DNA of 64,000 bases. Source: Bugula neritina. Lineage: Eukaryota > Animalia > Bryozoa. Of this stretch, positions 33,311-48,529 are shown one piece after another. The position numbers and the translations under genes were made by a program. The notes below the pieces were generated by a model that searched no databases, was not told the DNA's origin, and saw nothing but the letters and a program-made list of their open reading frames with translations. The DNA lies in contig OZ037766.1 in the NCBI GenBank assembly GCA_964035545.1, positions 19,022,767-19,086,766 of the forward strand. Reading direction: 5' to 3'. Position 1 is the stretch's first letter, and each line of letters begins with the position of its first letter.

Positions 33311-36300
33311 GAAATATACTGAAATACACTGCAACACATTGAAAAACACTGCAACATACTGAAAGACACTACAACTCACTGAAGGATAGTGTAATATACG
33401 GAAATGTACTGTAACATACTGATACTTACTGTAACACACTGAATCATACTGCAACATACTGAAATACACTGTAACATACTGCAACATACTGAAATACACT
33501 GTAACAAACTGAAATACACTGCAACACATTGAAATATACTGCAACATACCCTATCATATTGTAATATACTGAAATATACTGCAACATACCGCAACATACT
33601 GAAATACACTGTAAGAAACTGAAATACACTGCAACACATTGGTATATACTGCAACATACCCAAATATATGGTATTATACTGAAATATACTGAAATACACT
33701 GTATCACATTGGAAAATACTGCAACATACTGACAGACACTACAACTCACTGACGTATCGTGTAATATACGGAAACGTACTGTAACATACTGAAACACAAT
33801 GCAACATAACGAGGTATATCGAAATATACGGACATGTACTGTAACATACTGAAACACACTGAAACATACTGAAACATACCGAAACATACTGAGACGTACT
33901 GAAATACACTGCAACATGCTGCAACATACTGAAGTACAGTGTAACATATTGAACTACACTGCAACACATTGAAATATACCGCAACACACTGAAAAATACT
34001 GCAACACGTCCAAGTACATTGTAATATACGGACATGTACTGTAACATACTGAAACATACTGAAACAAAATGAAATATACTGTTGCGCACTGAATAATACT
34101 GCAAAATGCCGAAATAAACTGTAACACAGTGAAGCATACTGCAAATTTCTGAAATATACTGCAACATACTGAAATAGGCCTCAACATACTCAAATATACT
34201 GCAAGATACTGCAACATACGTAAAAACACTGTAACATACTGAAATACACTGCAACATACTGCAACATACTGAAGTACACTGTAAAATATTGAAATACACT
34301 GCAACACATTGGAATATACTGCAACACACTGAAATGTACTGCAACACACTGAAATATACTGCAACATACTGCAACATACTGAAAAACACTGTAACATACT
34401 GAAATACACTGCAAAAAACTGCAACATACTGAAGTACACTGTACATATTGAAAAACACTGCAACACAATGAAATATACCTCAACACACTGAAATATACTG
34501 AAACATGTTGAAATATACTGCAACATACTGCAACCTACTGCAACATACTGAAATACACTGTAACAAACTGAAATACACTGCAACACATTGGAATATACTG
34601 CAACATTCCCTGATATATTGTAATATACTGAAATACACTGCAACATACCGCAACATACTGAAATACACTGTTACAAACTGAAATACACTGCAACACATTG
34701 GTATATACTGCAACATACCCAAATATATGGTATTATACTGAAATATACTGAAATACACTGCAACACATTGAAAAACACTGCAACATACTGAAAGACACTA
34801 CAACTCACTGAAGGATAGTGTAATAATTGGAAATGTACTGTAACATACTGATACTTACTGTAACACACTGAATCATACTGCAACATACTGCAATACACTG
34901 TAACATACCGAAACAAACTGCAACATACTGCAGCATACTGAAATACACTGTAACAAACTGAAATACACTGCAACACATTGGTATATACTGCAACATCCCC
35001 AAATATATGGTAATATACTGAAATACACTGCAGGATTCTGCAGGATACTTCAACATACTGAAATGTACTGCAACATACTGAAACACACTGCAACATACCG
35101 AGGTATATCGAAATATACGGACATGTACTGTAACATACTGAAATATACTGCAACATACTGCAACATACTGAAATACACTGTAACATACTGCAACATACCT
35201 AAGTACACTGTAACATACTAAAATACACTGCAACATTCTGCAACATACTTCAACATACTGAAATACACTGAAACATAATGAAGTACACTGCAACACAATG
35301 AAATATACTGCAACACACTGAAATATACTGCAACACATCCAAGTACATCGTAATATACGGACATGTACTATAACATACTGCAACACACTGAAGTATACTA
35401 AAACATACTGAAATATACTGCAACATACCGCAACATACTGAACTAAACTGTAACAAACTGAAAGACACTGCAGCACAGTGGTATATACTGCAACATACCC
35501 AATTATATGGTAATATACTGAAATATACTGAAATACACTGCAACACATTGAAAAACACTGCAACATACTGAAAGACACTACAACTCACTGAAGGATAGTG
35601 TAATATACGGAAATGTACTGTAACATACTGATACTTACTGTAACACACTGAATCATACTGCAACATACTGAAATACACTGTAACATACTGCAGCATACTG
35701 AAATACACTGTAACAAACTGAAATACACTGCAACACATTGAAATATACTGCAACATACCCTATCATATTGTAATATACTGAAATATACTGCAACATACCG
35801 CAACATACTGAAATACACTGTAAGAAACTGAAATACACTGCAACACATTGGTATATACTGCAACATACCCAAATATATGGTATTATACTGAAATATACTG
35901 AAATACACTGTATCACATTGGAAAATACTGCAACATACTGACAGACACTACAACTCACTGACGTATCGTGTAATATACGGAAACGTACTGTAACATACTG
36001 AAACACAATGCAACATAACGAGGTATATCGAAATATACGGACATGTACTGTAACATACTGAAACACACTGAAGCATACTGAAACATACCGAAACATACTG
36101 AGACGTACTGAAATACACTGCAACATGCTGCAACATACTGAAGTACAGTGTAACATATTGAACTACACTGCAACACATTGAAATATACCGCAACACACTG
36201 AAAAATACTGCAACACGTCCAAGTACATTGTAATATACGGACATGTACTGTAACATACTGAAACATACTGAAACAAAATGAAATATACTGTTGCGCACTG

Positions 36301-37610
36301 AATAATACTGCAAAATGCCGAAATAAACTGTAACACAGTGAAGCATACTGCAAATTTCTGAAATATACTGCAACATACTGAAATAGGCCTCAACATACTC
36401 AAATATACTGCAAGATACTGCAACATACGTAAAAACACTGTAACATACTGAAATACACTGCAACATACTGCAACATACTGAAGTACACTGTAAAATATTG
36501 AAATACACTGCAACACATTGGAATATACTGCAACACACTGAAATGTACTGCAACACACTGAAATATACTGCAACATACTGCATCATACTGAAAAACACTG
36601 TAACATACTGAAATACACTGCAAAAAACTGCAACATACTGAAGTACACTGTACATATTGAAAAACACTGCAACACAATGAAATATACCTCAACACACTGA
36701 AATATACTGAAACATGTTGAAATATACTGCAACATACTGCAACCTACTGCAACATACTGAAATACACTGTAACAAACTGAAATACACTGCAACACATTGG
36801 AATATACTGCAACATTCCCTGATATATTGTAATATACTGAAATACACTGCAACATACCGCAACATACTGAAATACACTGTTACAAACTGAAATACACTGC
36901 AACACATTGGTATATACTGCAACATACCCAAATATATGGTATTATACTGAAATATACTGAAATACACTGCAACACATTGAAAAACACTGCAACATACTGA
37001 AAGACACTACAACTCACTGAAGGATAGTGTAATAATTGGAAATGTACTGTAACATACTGATACTTACTGTAACACACTGAATCATACTGCAACATACTGC
37101 AATACACTGTAACATACCGAAACAAACTGCAACATACTGCAGCATACTGAAATACACTGTAACAAACTGAAATACACTGCAACACATTGGTATATACTGC
37201 AACATCCCCAAATATATGGTAATATACTGAAATACACTGCAGGATTCTGCAGGATACTTCAACATACTGAAATGTACTGCAACATACTGAAACACACTGC
37301 AACATACCGAGGTATATCGAAATATACGGACATGTACTGTAACATACTGAAATATACTGCAACATACTGCAACATACTGAAATACACTGTAACATACTGC
37401 AACATACCTAAGTACACTGTAACATACTAAAATACACTGCAACATTCTGCAACAAACTTCAACATACTGAAATACACTGAAACATAATGAAGTACACTGC
37501 AACACAATGAAATATACTGCAACACACTGAAATATACTGCAACACATCCAAGTACATCGTAATATACGGACATGTACTATAACATACTGCAACACACTGA
37601 AGTATACTAC
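33310..37610 (+). repeat. Duplication with 2209-bp offset (33310-35400 repeated at 35520-37610)
   Basis: ORF pairs 33376/35585, 33739/35948, 34671/36880 and 35250/37459 all differ by 2209. Confidence 0.92.
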
Positions 37611-40600
37611 AACATACTGAAATATACTGCAACATACTGCAACATACTGAAATACACTGTAGCATACTGCAACATACCTAAATACACTGTAACAAACTGA
37701 AATATACTGCAACATACTGAAATGTACTGCAACATACTGAAATACACTGCAACATATCGAAGTATACCGAAATATACGGATATGTACTGTAACATACTGA
37801 AACATACTGAAACATACTGAAACATACTGAAATATACTGAAATACACAGCAACATACTGCAACATACTGAAGTACACTGTAACATATTGAAGTACACTGC
37901 AACACATTGAAATATACCGCAACACACTGAAATATACTGCAACACATCCAAGTACATCGTAATATATGGACATGTACTGTAACATAATGAAACACACTGA
38001 AACATACTGAAACATACTGAAACGTACTTCAACACACTGGAACATACTAAAACATACTGAAATATACTGCAACATACTGCAACATACTGAAATACACTGT
38101 AACAAACTGAAATACTCTGCAACATATTGGAATATACTGCAACATACCCTAATATATTGTAATATACTGCAACATACCGCAACATACTGAAATACACTGT
38201 AACAAAGTGAAATTCACTGCAACACATTGGTATATACTGCAACATACCCAGATATATGGTAATATACTGAAATACACTGCAACATTCTGCAACGTACTTC
38301 AACATACTGAAATGTACTGCAACACACTAAAATACACTGCAACATAACGAGGTATATCGAAATATACGGACATGTACTGTAACATACTGAAACACACTGA
38401 AACATACTGAGACGTACTGAAATACGCTGCAACATGCTGCAACATACTGAAGTACAGTGTAACATATTGAAATACACTGCAGCACCTTGAAATATACCGC
38501 AACACACTGAAATATACTGCAACACATCCAAGTACATCGTAATATACGGACATGTACTGTAACATACTGAAACATACTGAAACAAAATTAAATATACTGT
38601 TGCGCACTGAATAATACTGCAAAATGCCGAAATAAACTGTAACACAGTGAAGCACACTGCAAATTTCTGAAATATACTGCAACATACTGAAATAGGCCTC
38701 AACATACTCAAATATACTGCAAGATACTGCAACATACGTAAAAACACTGTAACATACTGAAATACACTGCAACATACTGCAACATACTGAAGTACACTGT
38801 AAAATATTGAAATACACAGCAACACATTGGAATATACTGCAACACACTGAAATGTACTGCAACACACTGAAATATACTGCAACATACTGCAACATACTGA
38901 AAAACACTGTAACATACTGAAATACACTGCAACACACTGGTATATACTGCAACATACCCAAATATATGGTATTATACTGAAATATACTGAAATACACTGC
39001 AACACATTGAAAAACACTGCAACATACTGAAAGACACTACAACTCACTGAAGGATAGTGTAATATACGGAAATGTACTGTAACATACTGATACTTAGTGT
39101 AACACACTGAATCATACTGCAACATACTGAAATACACTGTAACATACTGCAGCATACTGAAATACACTGTAACAAACTGAAATACACTGCAACACATTGA
39201 AATATACTGCAACATACCCTATCATATTGTAATATACTGAAATATACTGCAACATACCGCAACATACTGAAAACATACTGAAACTGAAATACACTGCAAC
39301 ACATTGGTATATACTGCAACATACCCAAATATATGGTATTATACTGAAATATACTGAAATACACTGTATCACATTGGAAAATACTGCAACATACTGACAG
39401 ACACTACAACTCACTGACGTATCGTGTAATATACGGAAACGTACTGTAACATACTGAAACACAATGCAACATAACGAGGTATATCGAAATATACGGACAT
39501 GTACTGTAACATACTGAAACACACTGAAACATACTGAAACATACCGAAACATACTGAGACGTACTGAAATACACTGCAACATGCTGCAACATACTGAAGT
39601 ACAGTGTAACATATTGAACTACACTGCAACACATTGAAATATACCGCAACACACTGAAAAATACTGCAACACGTCCAAGTACATTGTGATATACGGACAT
39701 GTACTGTAACATACTGAAACATACTGAAACAAAATGAAATATACTGTTGCGCACTGAATAATACTGCAAAATGCCGAAATAAACTGTAACACAGTGAAGT
39801 ATACTGCAAATTTCTGAAATATACTGCAACATACTGAAATAGGCCTCAACATACTCAAATATACTGCAAGATACTGCAACATACGTAAAAACACTGTAAC
39901 ATACTGAAATACACTGCAACATACTGCAACATACTGAAGTACACTGTAAAATATTGAAATACACTGCAACACATTGGAATATACTGCAACACACTGAAAT
40001 GTACTGCAACACACTGAAATATACTGCAACATACTGCAACATACTGAAAAACACTGTAACATACTGAAATACACTGCAAAAAACTGCAACATACTGAAGT
40101 ACACTGTACATATTGAAAAACACTGCAACACAATGAAATATACCTCAACACACTGAAATATACTGAAACATGTTGAAATATACTGCAACATACTGCAACC
40201 TACTGCAACATACTGAAATACACTGTAACAAACTGAAATACACTGCAACACATTGGAATATACAGCAACATTCCCTGATATATTGTAATATACTGAAATA
40301 CACTGCAACATACCGCAACATACTGAAATACACTGTTACAAACTGAAATACACTGCAACACATTGGTATATACTGCAACATACCCAAATATATGGTATTA
40401 TACTGAAATATACTGAAATACACTGCAACACATTGAAAAACACTGCAACATACTGAAAGACACTACAACTCACTGAAGGATAGTGTAATAATTGGAAATG
40501 TACTGTAACATACTGATACTTACTGTAACACACTGAATCATACTGCAACATACTGCAATACACTGTAACATACCGAAACAAACTGCAACATACTGCAGCA

Positions 40601-43600
40601 TACTGAAATACACTGTAACAAACTGAAATACACTGCAACACATTGGTATATACTGCAACATCCCCAAATATATGGTAATATACTGAAATACACTGCAGGA
40701 TTCTGCAGGATACTTCAACATACTGAAATGTACTGCAACATACTGAAACACACTGCAACATACCGAGGTATATCGAAATATACGGACATGTACTGTAACA
40801 TACTGAACTATACTGCAACATACTGCAACATACTGAAATACACTGTAACATACTGCAACATACCTAAGTACACTGTAACATACTAAAATACACTGCAACA
40901 TTCTGCAACAAACTTCAACATACTGAAATACACTGAAACATAATGAAGTACACTGCAACACAATGAAATATACTGCAACACACTGAAATATACTGCAACA
41001 CATCCAAGTACATCGTAATATACGGACATGTACTATAACATACTGCAACACACTGAAGTATACTACAACATACTGAAATATACTGCAACATACTGCAACA
41101 TACTGAAATACACTGTAGCATACTGCAACATACCTAAATACACTGTAACAAACTGAAATATACTGCAACATACTGAAATGTACTGCAACATACTGAAATA
41201 CACTGCAACATATCGAAGTATACCGAAATATACGGATATGTACTGTAACATACTGAAACATACTGAAACATACTGAAACATACTGAAATATACTGAAATA
41301 CACAGCAACATACTGCAACATACTGAAGTACACTGTAACATATTGAAGTACACTGCAACACATTGAAATATACCGCAACACACTGAAATATACTGCAACA
41401 CATCCAAGTACATCGTAATATACGGACATGTACTGTAACATACTGAAACACACTGAAACATACTGAAACATACTGAAACGTACTTCAACACACTGGAACA
41501 TACTAAAACATACTGAAATATACTGCAACATACTGCAACATACTGAAATACACTGTAACAAACTGAAATACTCTGCAACATATTGGAATATACTGCAACA
41601 TACCCTAATATATTGTAATATACTGCAACATACCGCAACATACTGAAATACACTGTAACAAAGTGAAATACACTGCAACACATTGGTATATACTGCAACA
41701 TACCCAGATATATGGTAATATACTGAAATACACTGCAACATTCTGCAACGTACTTCAACATACTGAAATGTACTGCAACACACTGAAATACACTGTAACA
41801 TAACGAGGTATATCGAAATATACGGACATGTACTGTAACATACTGAAACACACTGAAACATACTGAGACGTACTGAAATACGCTGCAACATGCTGCAACA
41901 TACTGAAGTACAGTGTAACATATTGAAATACACTGCAGCACCTTGAAATATACCGCAACACACTGAAATATACTGCAACACATCCAAGTACATCGTAATA
42001 TACGGACATGTACTGTAACATACTGAAACATACTGAAACAAAATTAAATATACTGTTGCGCACTGAATAATACTGCAAAATGCCGAAATAAACTGTAACA
42101 CAGTGAAGCACACTGCAAATTTCTGAAATATACTGCAACATACTGAAATAGGCCTCAACATACTCAAATATACTGCAAGATACTGCAACATACGTAAAAA
42201 CACTGTAACATACTGAAATACACTGCAACATACTGCAACATACTGAAGTACACTGTAAAATATTGAAATACACAGCAACACATTGGAATATACTGCAACA
42301 CACTGAAATGTACTGCAACACACTGAAATATACTGCAACATACTGCAACATACTGAAAAACACTGTAACATACTGAAATACACTGCAACACACTGGTATA
42401 TACTGCAACATACCCAAATATATGGTATTATACTGAAATATACTGAAATACACTGCAACACATTGAAAAACACTGCAACATACTGAAAGACACTACAACT
42501 CACTGAAGGATAGTGTAATATACGGAAATGTACTGTAACATACTGATACTTACTGTAACACACTGAATCATACTGCAACATACTGAAATACACTGTAACA
42601 TACTGCAGCATACTGAAATACACTGTAACAAACTGAAATACACTGCAACACATTGAAATATACTGCAACATACCCTATCATATTGTAATATACTGAAATA
42701 TACTGCAACATACCGCAACATACTGAAATACACTGTAAGAAACTGAAATACACTGCAACACATTGGTATATACTGCAACATACCCAAATATATGGTGTTA
42801 TACTGAAATATACTGAAATACACTGTATCACATTGGAAAATACTGCAACATACTGACAGACACTACAACTCACTGACGTATCGTGTAATATACGGAAACG
42901 TACTGTAACATACTGAAACACAATGCAACATAACGAGGTATATCGAAATATACGGACATGTACTGTAACATACTGAAACACACTGAAACATACTGAAACA
43001 TACCGAAACATACTGAGACGTACTGAAATACACTGCAACATGCTGCAACATACTGAAGTACAGTGTAACATATTGAACTACACTGCAACACATTGAAATA
43101 TACCGCAACACACTGAAAAATACTGCAACACGTCCAAGTACATTGTGATATACGGACATGTACTGTAACATACTGAAACATACTGAAACAAAATGAAATA
43201 TACTGTTGCGCACTGAATAATACTGCAAAATGCCGAAATAAACTGTAACACAGTGAAGTATACTGCAAATTTCTGAAATATACTGCAACATACTGAAATA
43301 GGCCTCAACATACTCAAATATACTGCAAGATACTGCAACATACGTAAAAACACTGTAACATACTGAAATACACTGCAACATACTGCAACATACTGAAGTA
43401 CACTGTAAAATATTGAAATACACTGCAACACATTGGAATATACTGCAACACACTGAAATGTACTGCAACACACTGAAATATACTGCAACATACTGCAACA
43501 TACTGAAAAACACTGTAACATACTGAAATACACTGCAAAAAACTGCAACATACTGAAGTACACTGTACATATTGAAAAACACTGCAACACAATGAAATAT

Positions 43601-44080
43601 ACCTCAACACACTGAAATATACTGAAACATGTTGAAATATACTGCAACATACTGCAACCTACTGCAACATACTGAAATACACTGTAACAAACTGAAATAC
43701 ACTGCAACACATTGGAATATACTGCAACATTCCCTGATATATTGTAATATACTGAAATACACTGCAACATACCGCAACATACTGAAATACACTGTTACAA
43801 ACTGAAATACACTGCAACACATTGGTATATACTGCAACATACCCAAATATATGGTATTATACTGAAATATACTGAAATACACTGCAACACATTGAAAAAC
43901 ACTGCAACATACTGAAAGACACTACAACTCACTGAAGGATAGTGTAATAATTGGAAATGTACTGTAACATACTGATACTTACTGTAACACACTGAATCAT
44001 ACTGCAACATACTGCAATACACTGTAACATACCGAAACAAACTGCAACATACTGCAGCATACTGAAATACACTGTAACAT
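35520..44080 (+). repeat. Tandem 3459-bp higher-order repeat, ~2.5 copies (starts ~35520, ~38980, ~42435); second copy is 3456 bp
   Basis: ORF series 35585/39044/42500, 35948/39404/42863, 37014/40470, 37607/41063 and 38299/41755. A 3-bp loss occurs at ~39270. Confidence 0.93.
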
Positions 44081-46927
44081 ACTGCAACATACTGAAATAC
44101 ACTGTAACAAACTGAAATACACTGCAACACATTGAAATATACTGCAACATACCCTATCATATTGTAATATACTGAAATATACTGCAACATACCGCAACAT
44201 ACTGAAAAACACTGTAACATACTGTAACATACTGAAATACACTGCAAAAAACTGCAACATACTGAAGTACACTGTACATATTGAAAAACACTGCAACACA
44301 ATGAAATATACCTCAACACACTGAAATATACTAAAACATGTTGAAATTTACTGCAACATACTGCAACATACTGAAATACACTGTAACATACTAACACACA
44401 CTGCAACATTCTGCAACATACTCCAACGTACTGAAATACACTGCAACATACTGAAGTACACTGTAAAATGTTGAAATACACTGCAACACATTAAAATATA
44501 CTGCAACACACTGAAGTATACTGCAACATACTGAAATATACTGCAACATACTGCAACATACTGAAATACACTGTAACATACTGTAAGATACTGAAATACA
44601 CTGCAACAAACTGCAACATACTGGAGTATACTGTACATATTGGAAAACACTGCAACACACTGATATATACTGCAACACACTGAAATATACTGCAAAATAC
44701 TGAAATATACTTCAACATACTGCAGCATACTGAAAGACACTACAACTAACTGAAGTATAGTGTAATATACGGAAATGTACTAAAACATACTGATATTTAC
44801 TGCAACACACTGAAATATACTGCAACATACTGAAATACACTGTAACATGCCAAAATAAACTGCAACATACTGCAGCATACTGAAATACACTGTAACATAC
44901 TAAAATACACTGCAACATTCTGCAACATACTTCAACATACTGAAATACACTGAAACATAATGAAGTACACTGCAACACAATGAAATATACTGCCACACAC
45001 TGAAATATACTGCAACACATCCAAGTACATTGTGATATACGGACATGTACTGTAACATACTGAAACATACTGAAACAAAATGAAATATACTGTTGCGCAC
45101 TGAATAATACTGCAAAATGCCGAAATAAACTGTAACACAGTGAAGTATACTGCAAATTTCTGAAATATACTGCAACATACTGAAATAGGCCTCAACATAC
45201 TCAAATATACTGCAAGATACTGCAACATACGTAAAAACACTGTAACATACTGAAATACACTGCAACATACTGCAACATACTGAAGTACACTGTAAAATAT
45301 TGAAATACACTGCAACACATTGGAATATACTGCAACACACTGAAATGTACTGCAACACACTGAAATATACTGCAACATACTGCAACATACTGAAAAACAC
45401 TGTAACATACTGAAATACACTGCAAAAAACTGCAACATACTGAAGTACACTGTACATATTGAAAAACACTGCAACACAATGAAATATACCTCAACACACT
45501 GAAATATACTGAAACATGTTGAAATATACTGCAACATACTGCAACCTACTGCAACATACTGAAATACACTGTAACAAACTGAAATACACTGCAACACATT
45601 GGAATATACTGCAACATTCCCTGATATATTGTAATATACTGAAATACACTGCAACATACCGCAACATACTGAAATACACTGTTACAAACTGAAATACACT
45701 GCAACACATTGGTATATACTGCAACATACCCAAATATATGGTATTATACTGAAATATACTGAAATACACTGCAACACATTGAAAAACACTGCAACATACT
45801 GAAAGACACTACAACTCACTGAAGGATAGTGTAATAATTGGAAATGTACTGTAACATACTGATACTTACTGTAACACACTGAATCATACTGCAACATACT
45901 GCAATACACTGTAACATACCGAAACAAACTGCAACATACTGCAGCATACTGAAATACACTGTAACATACTGCAACATACTGAAATACACTGTAACAAACT
46001 GAAATACACTGCAACACATTGAAATATACTGCAACATACCCTATCATATTGTAATATACTGAAATATACTGCAACATACCGCAACATACTGAAAAACACT
46101 GTAACATACTGTAACATACTGAAATACACTGCAAAAAACTGCAACATACTGAAGTACACTGTACATATTGAAAAACACTGCAACACAATGAAATATACCT
46201 CAACACACTGAAATATACTAAAACATGTTGAAATTTACTGCAACATACTGCAACATACTGCAACATACTGAAATACACTGTAACATACTAACACACACTG
46301 CAACATTCTGCAACATACTCCAACGTACTGAAATACACTGCAACATACTGAAGTACACTGTAAAATGTTGAAATACACTGCAACACATTAAAATATACTG
46401 CAACACACTGAAGTATACTGCAACATACTGAAATATACTGCAACATACTGCAACATACTGAAATACACTGTAACATACTGTAAGATACTGAAATACACTG
46501 CAACAAACTGCAACATACTGGAGTATACTGTACATATTGGAAAACACTGCAACACACTGATATATACTGCAACACACTGAAATATACTGCAAAATACTGA
46601 AATATACTTCAACATACTGCAGCATACTGAAAGACACTACAACTAACTGAAGTATAGTGTAATATACGGAAATGTACTAAAACATACTGATATTTACTGC
46701 AACACACTGAAATATACTGCAACATACTGAAATACACTGTAACATGCCAAAATAAACTGCAACATACTGCAGCATACTGAAATACACTGTAACATACTAA
46801 AATACACTGCAACATTCTGCAACATACTTCAACATACTGAAATACACTGAAACATAATGAAGTACACTGCAACACAATGAAATATACTGCCACACACTGA
46901 AATATACTGCAACACATCCAAGTACAT
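43134..46927 (+). repeat. Tandem duplication, 1887/1897-bp unit (junction in ccaagtacat motif at ~45021)
   Basis: ORF pairs 43314/45201 and 43795/45682 differ by 1887; 44391/46288 and 44712/46609 differ by 1897. The second copy has one extra monomer near 46250. Confidence 0.92.
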
Positions 46928-48270
46928 CGTAATATACGGACATGTACTATAACATACTGCAACACACTGAAGTATACTACAACATACTGAAATATACTGC
47001 AACATACTGCAACATACTGAAATACACTGTAGCATACTGCAACATACCTAAATACACTGTAACAAACTGAAATATACTGCAACATACTGAAATGTACTGC
47101 AACATACTGAAATACACTGCAACATATCGAAGTATACCGAAATATACGGATATGTACTGTAACATACTGAAACATACTGAAACATACTGAAACATACTGA
47201 AATATACTGAAATACACAGCAACATACTGCAACATACTGAAGTACACTGTAACATATTGAAGTACACTGCAACACATTGAAATATACCGCAACACACTGA
47301 AATATACTGCAACACATCCAAGTACATCGTAATATACGGACATGTACTGTAACATACTGAAACACACTGAAACATACTGAAACATACTGAAACATACTTC
47401 AACACACTGGAATATACCAAAACATACTGAAATATACTGCAGGATTCTGCAGGATACTTCAACATACTGAAATGTACTGCAACATACTGAAACACACTGC
47501 AACATACCGAGGTATATCGAAATATACGGACATGTACTGTAACATACTGAAATATACTGCAACATACTGCAACATACTGAAATACACTGTAACATACTGC
47601 AACATACCTAAGTACACTGTAACATACTAAAATACACTGCAACATTCTGCAACATACTTCAACATACTGAAATACACTGAAACATAATGAAGTACACTGC
47701 AACACAATGAAATATACTGCAACACACTGAAATATACTGCAACACATCCAAGTACATCGTAATATACGGACATGTACTATGACATACTGCAACACACTGA
47801 AGTATACTACAACATACTGAAATATACTGCAACATACTGCAACATACTGAAATACACTGTAGCATACTGCAACATACCTAAATACACTGTAACAAACTGA
47901 AATATACTGCAACATACTGAAATGTACTGCAACATACTGAAATACACTGCAACATATCGAAGTATACCGAAATATACGGATATGTACTGTAACATACTGA
48001 AACATACTGAAACATACTGAAACATACTGAAATATACTGAAATACACAGCAACATACTGCAACATACTGAAGTACACTGTAACATATTGAAGTACACTGC
48101 AACACATTGAAATATACCGCAACACACTGAAATATACTGCAACACATCCAAGTACATCGTAATATACGGACATTTACTGTAACATACTGAAACACACTGA
48201 AACATACTGAAACATACTGAAACATACTTCAACACACTGGAATATACCAAAACATACTGAAATATACTGC
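46783..48270 (+). repeat. Duplication with 830-bp offset (re-copied at ~54650-56135)
   Basis: ORF pairs 46829/47659, 46977/47807 and 47048/47878, and 54695/55525, 54843/55673 and 54914/55744. Confidence 0.9.
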
Positions 48271-48529
48271 AACATACTGCAACATACTGAAATACACTGT
48301 AACAAACTGAAATACTCTGCAACATATTGGAATATACTGCAACATACCCTAATATATTGTAATATACTGCAACATACCGCAACATACTGAAATACACTGT
48401 AACAAAGTGAAATACACTGCAACACATTGGTATATACTGCAACATACCCAGATATATGGTAATATACTGAAATACACTGCAACATTCTGCAACATACTTC
48501 AACATACTGAAATGTGCTGCAACACACTG

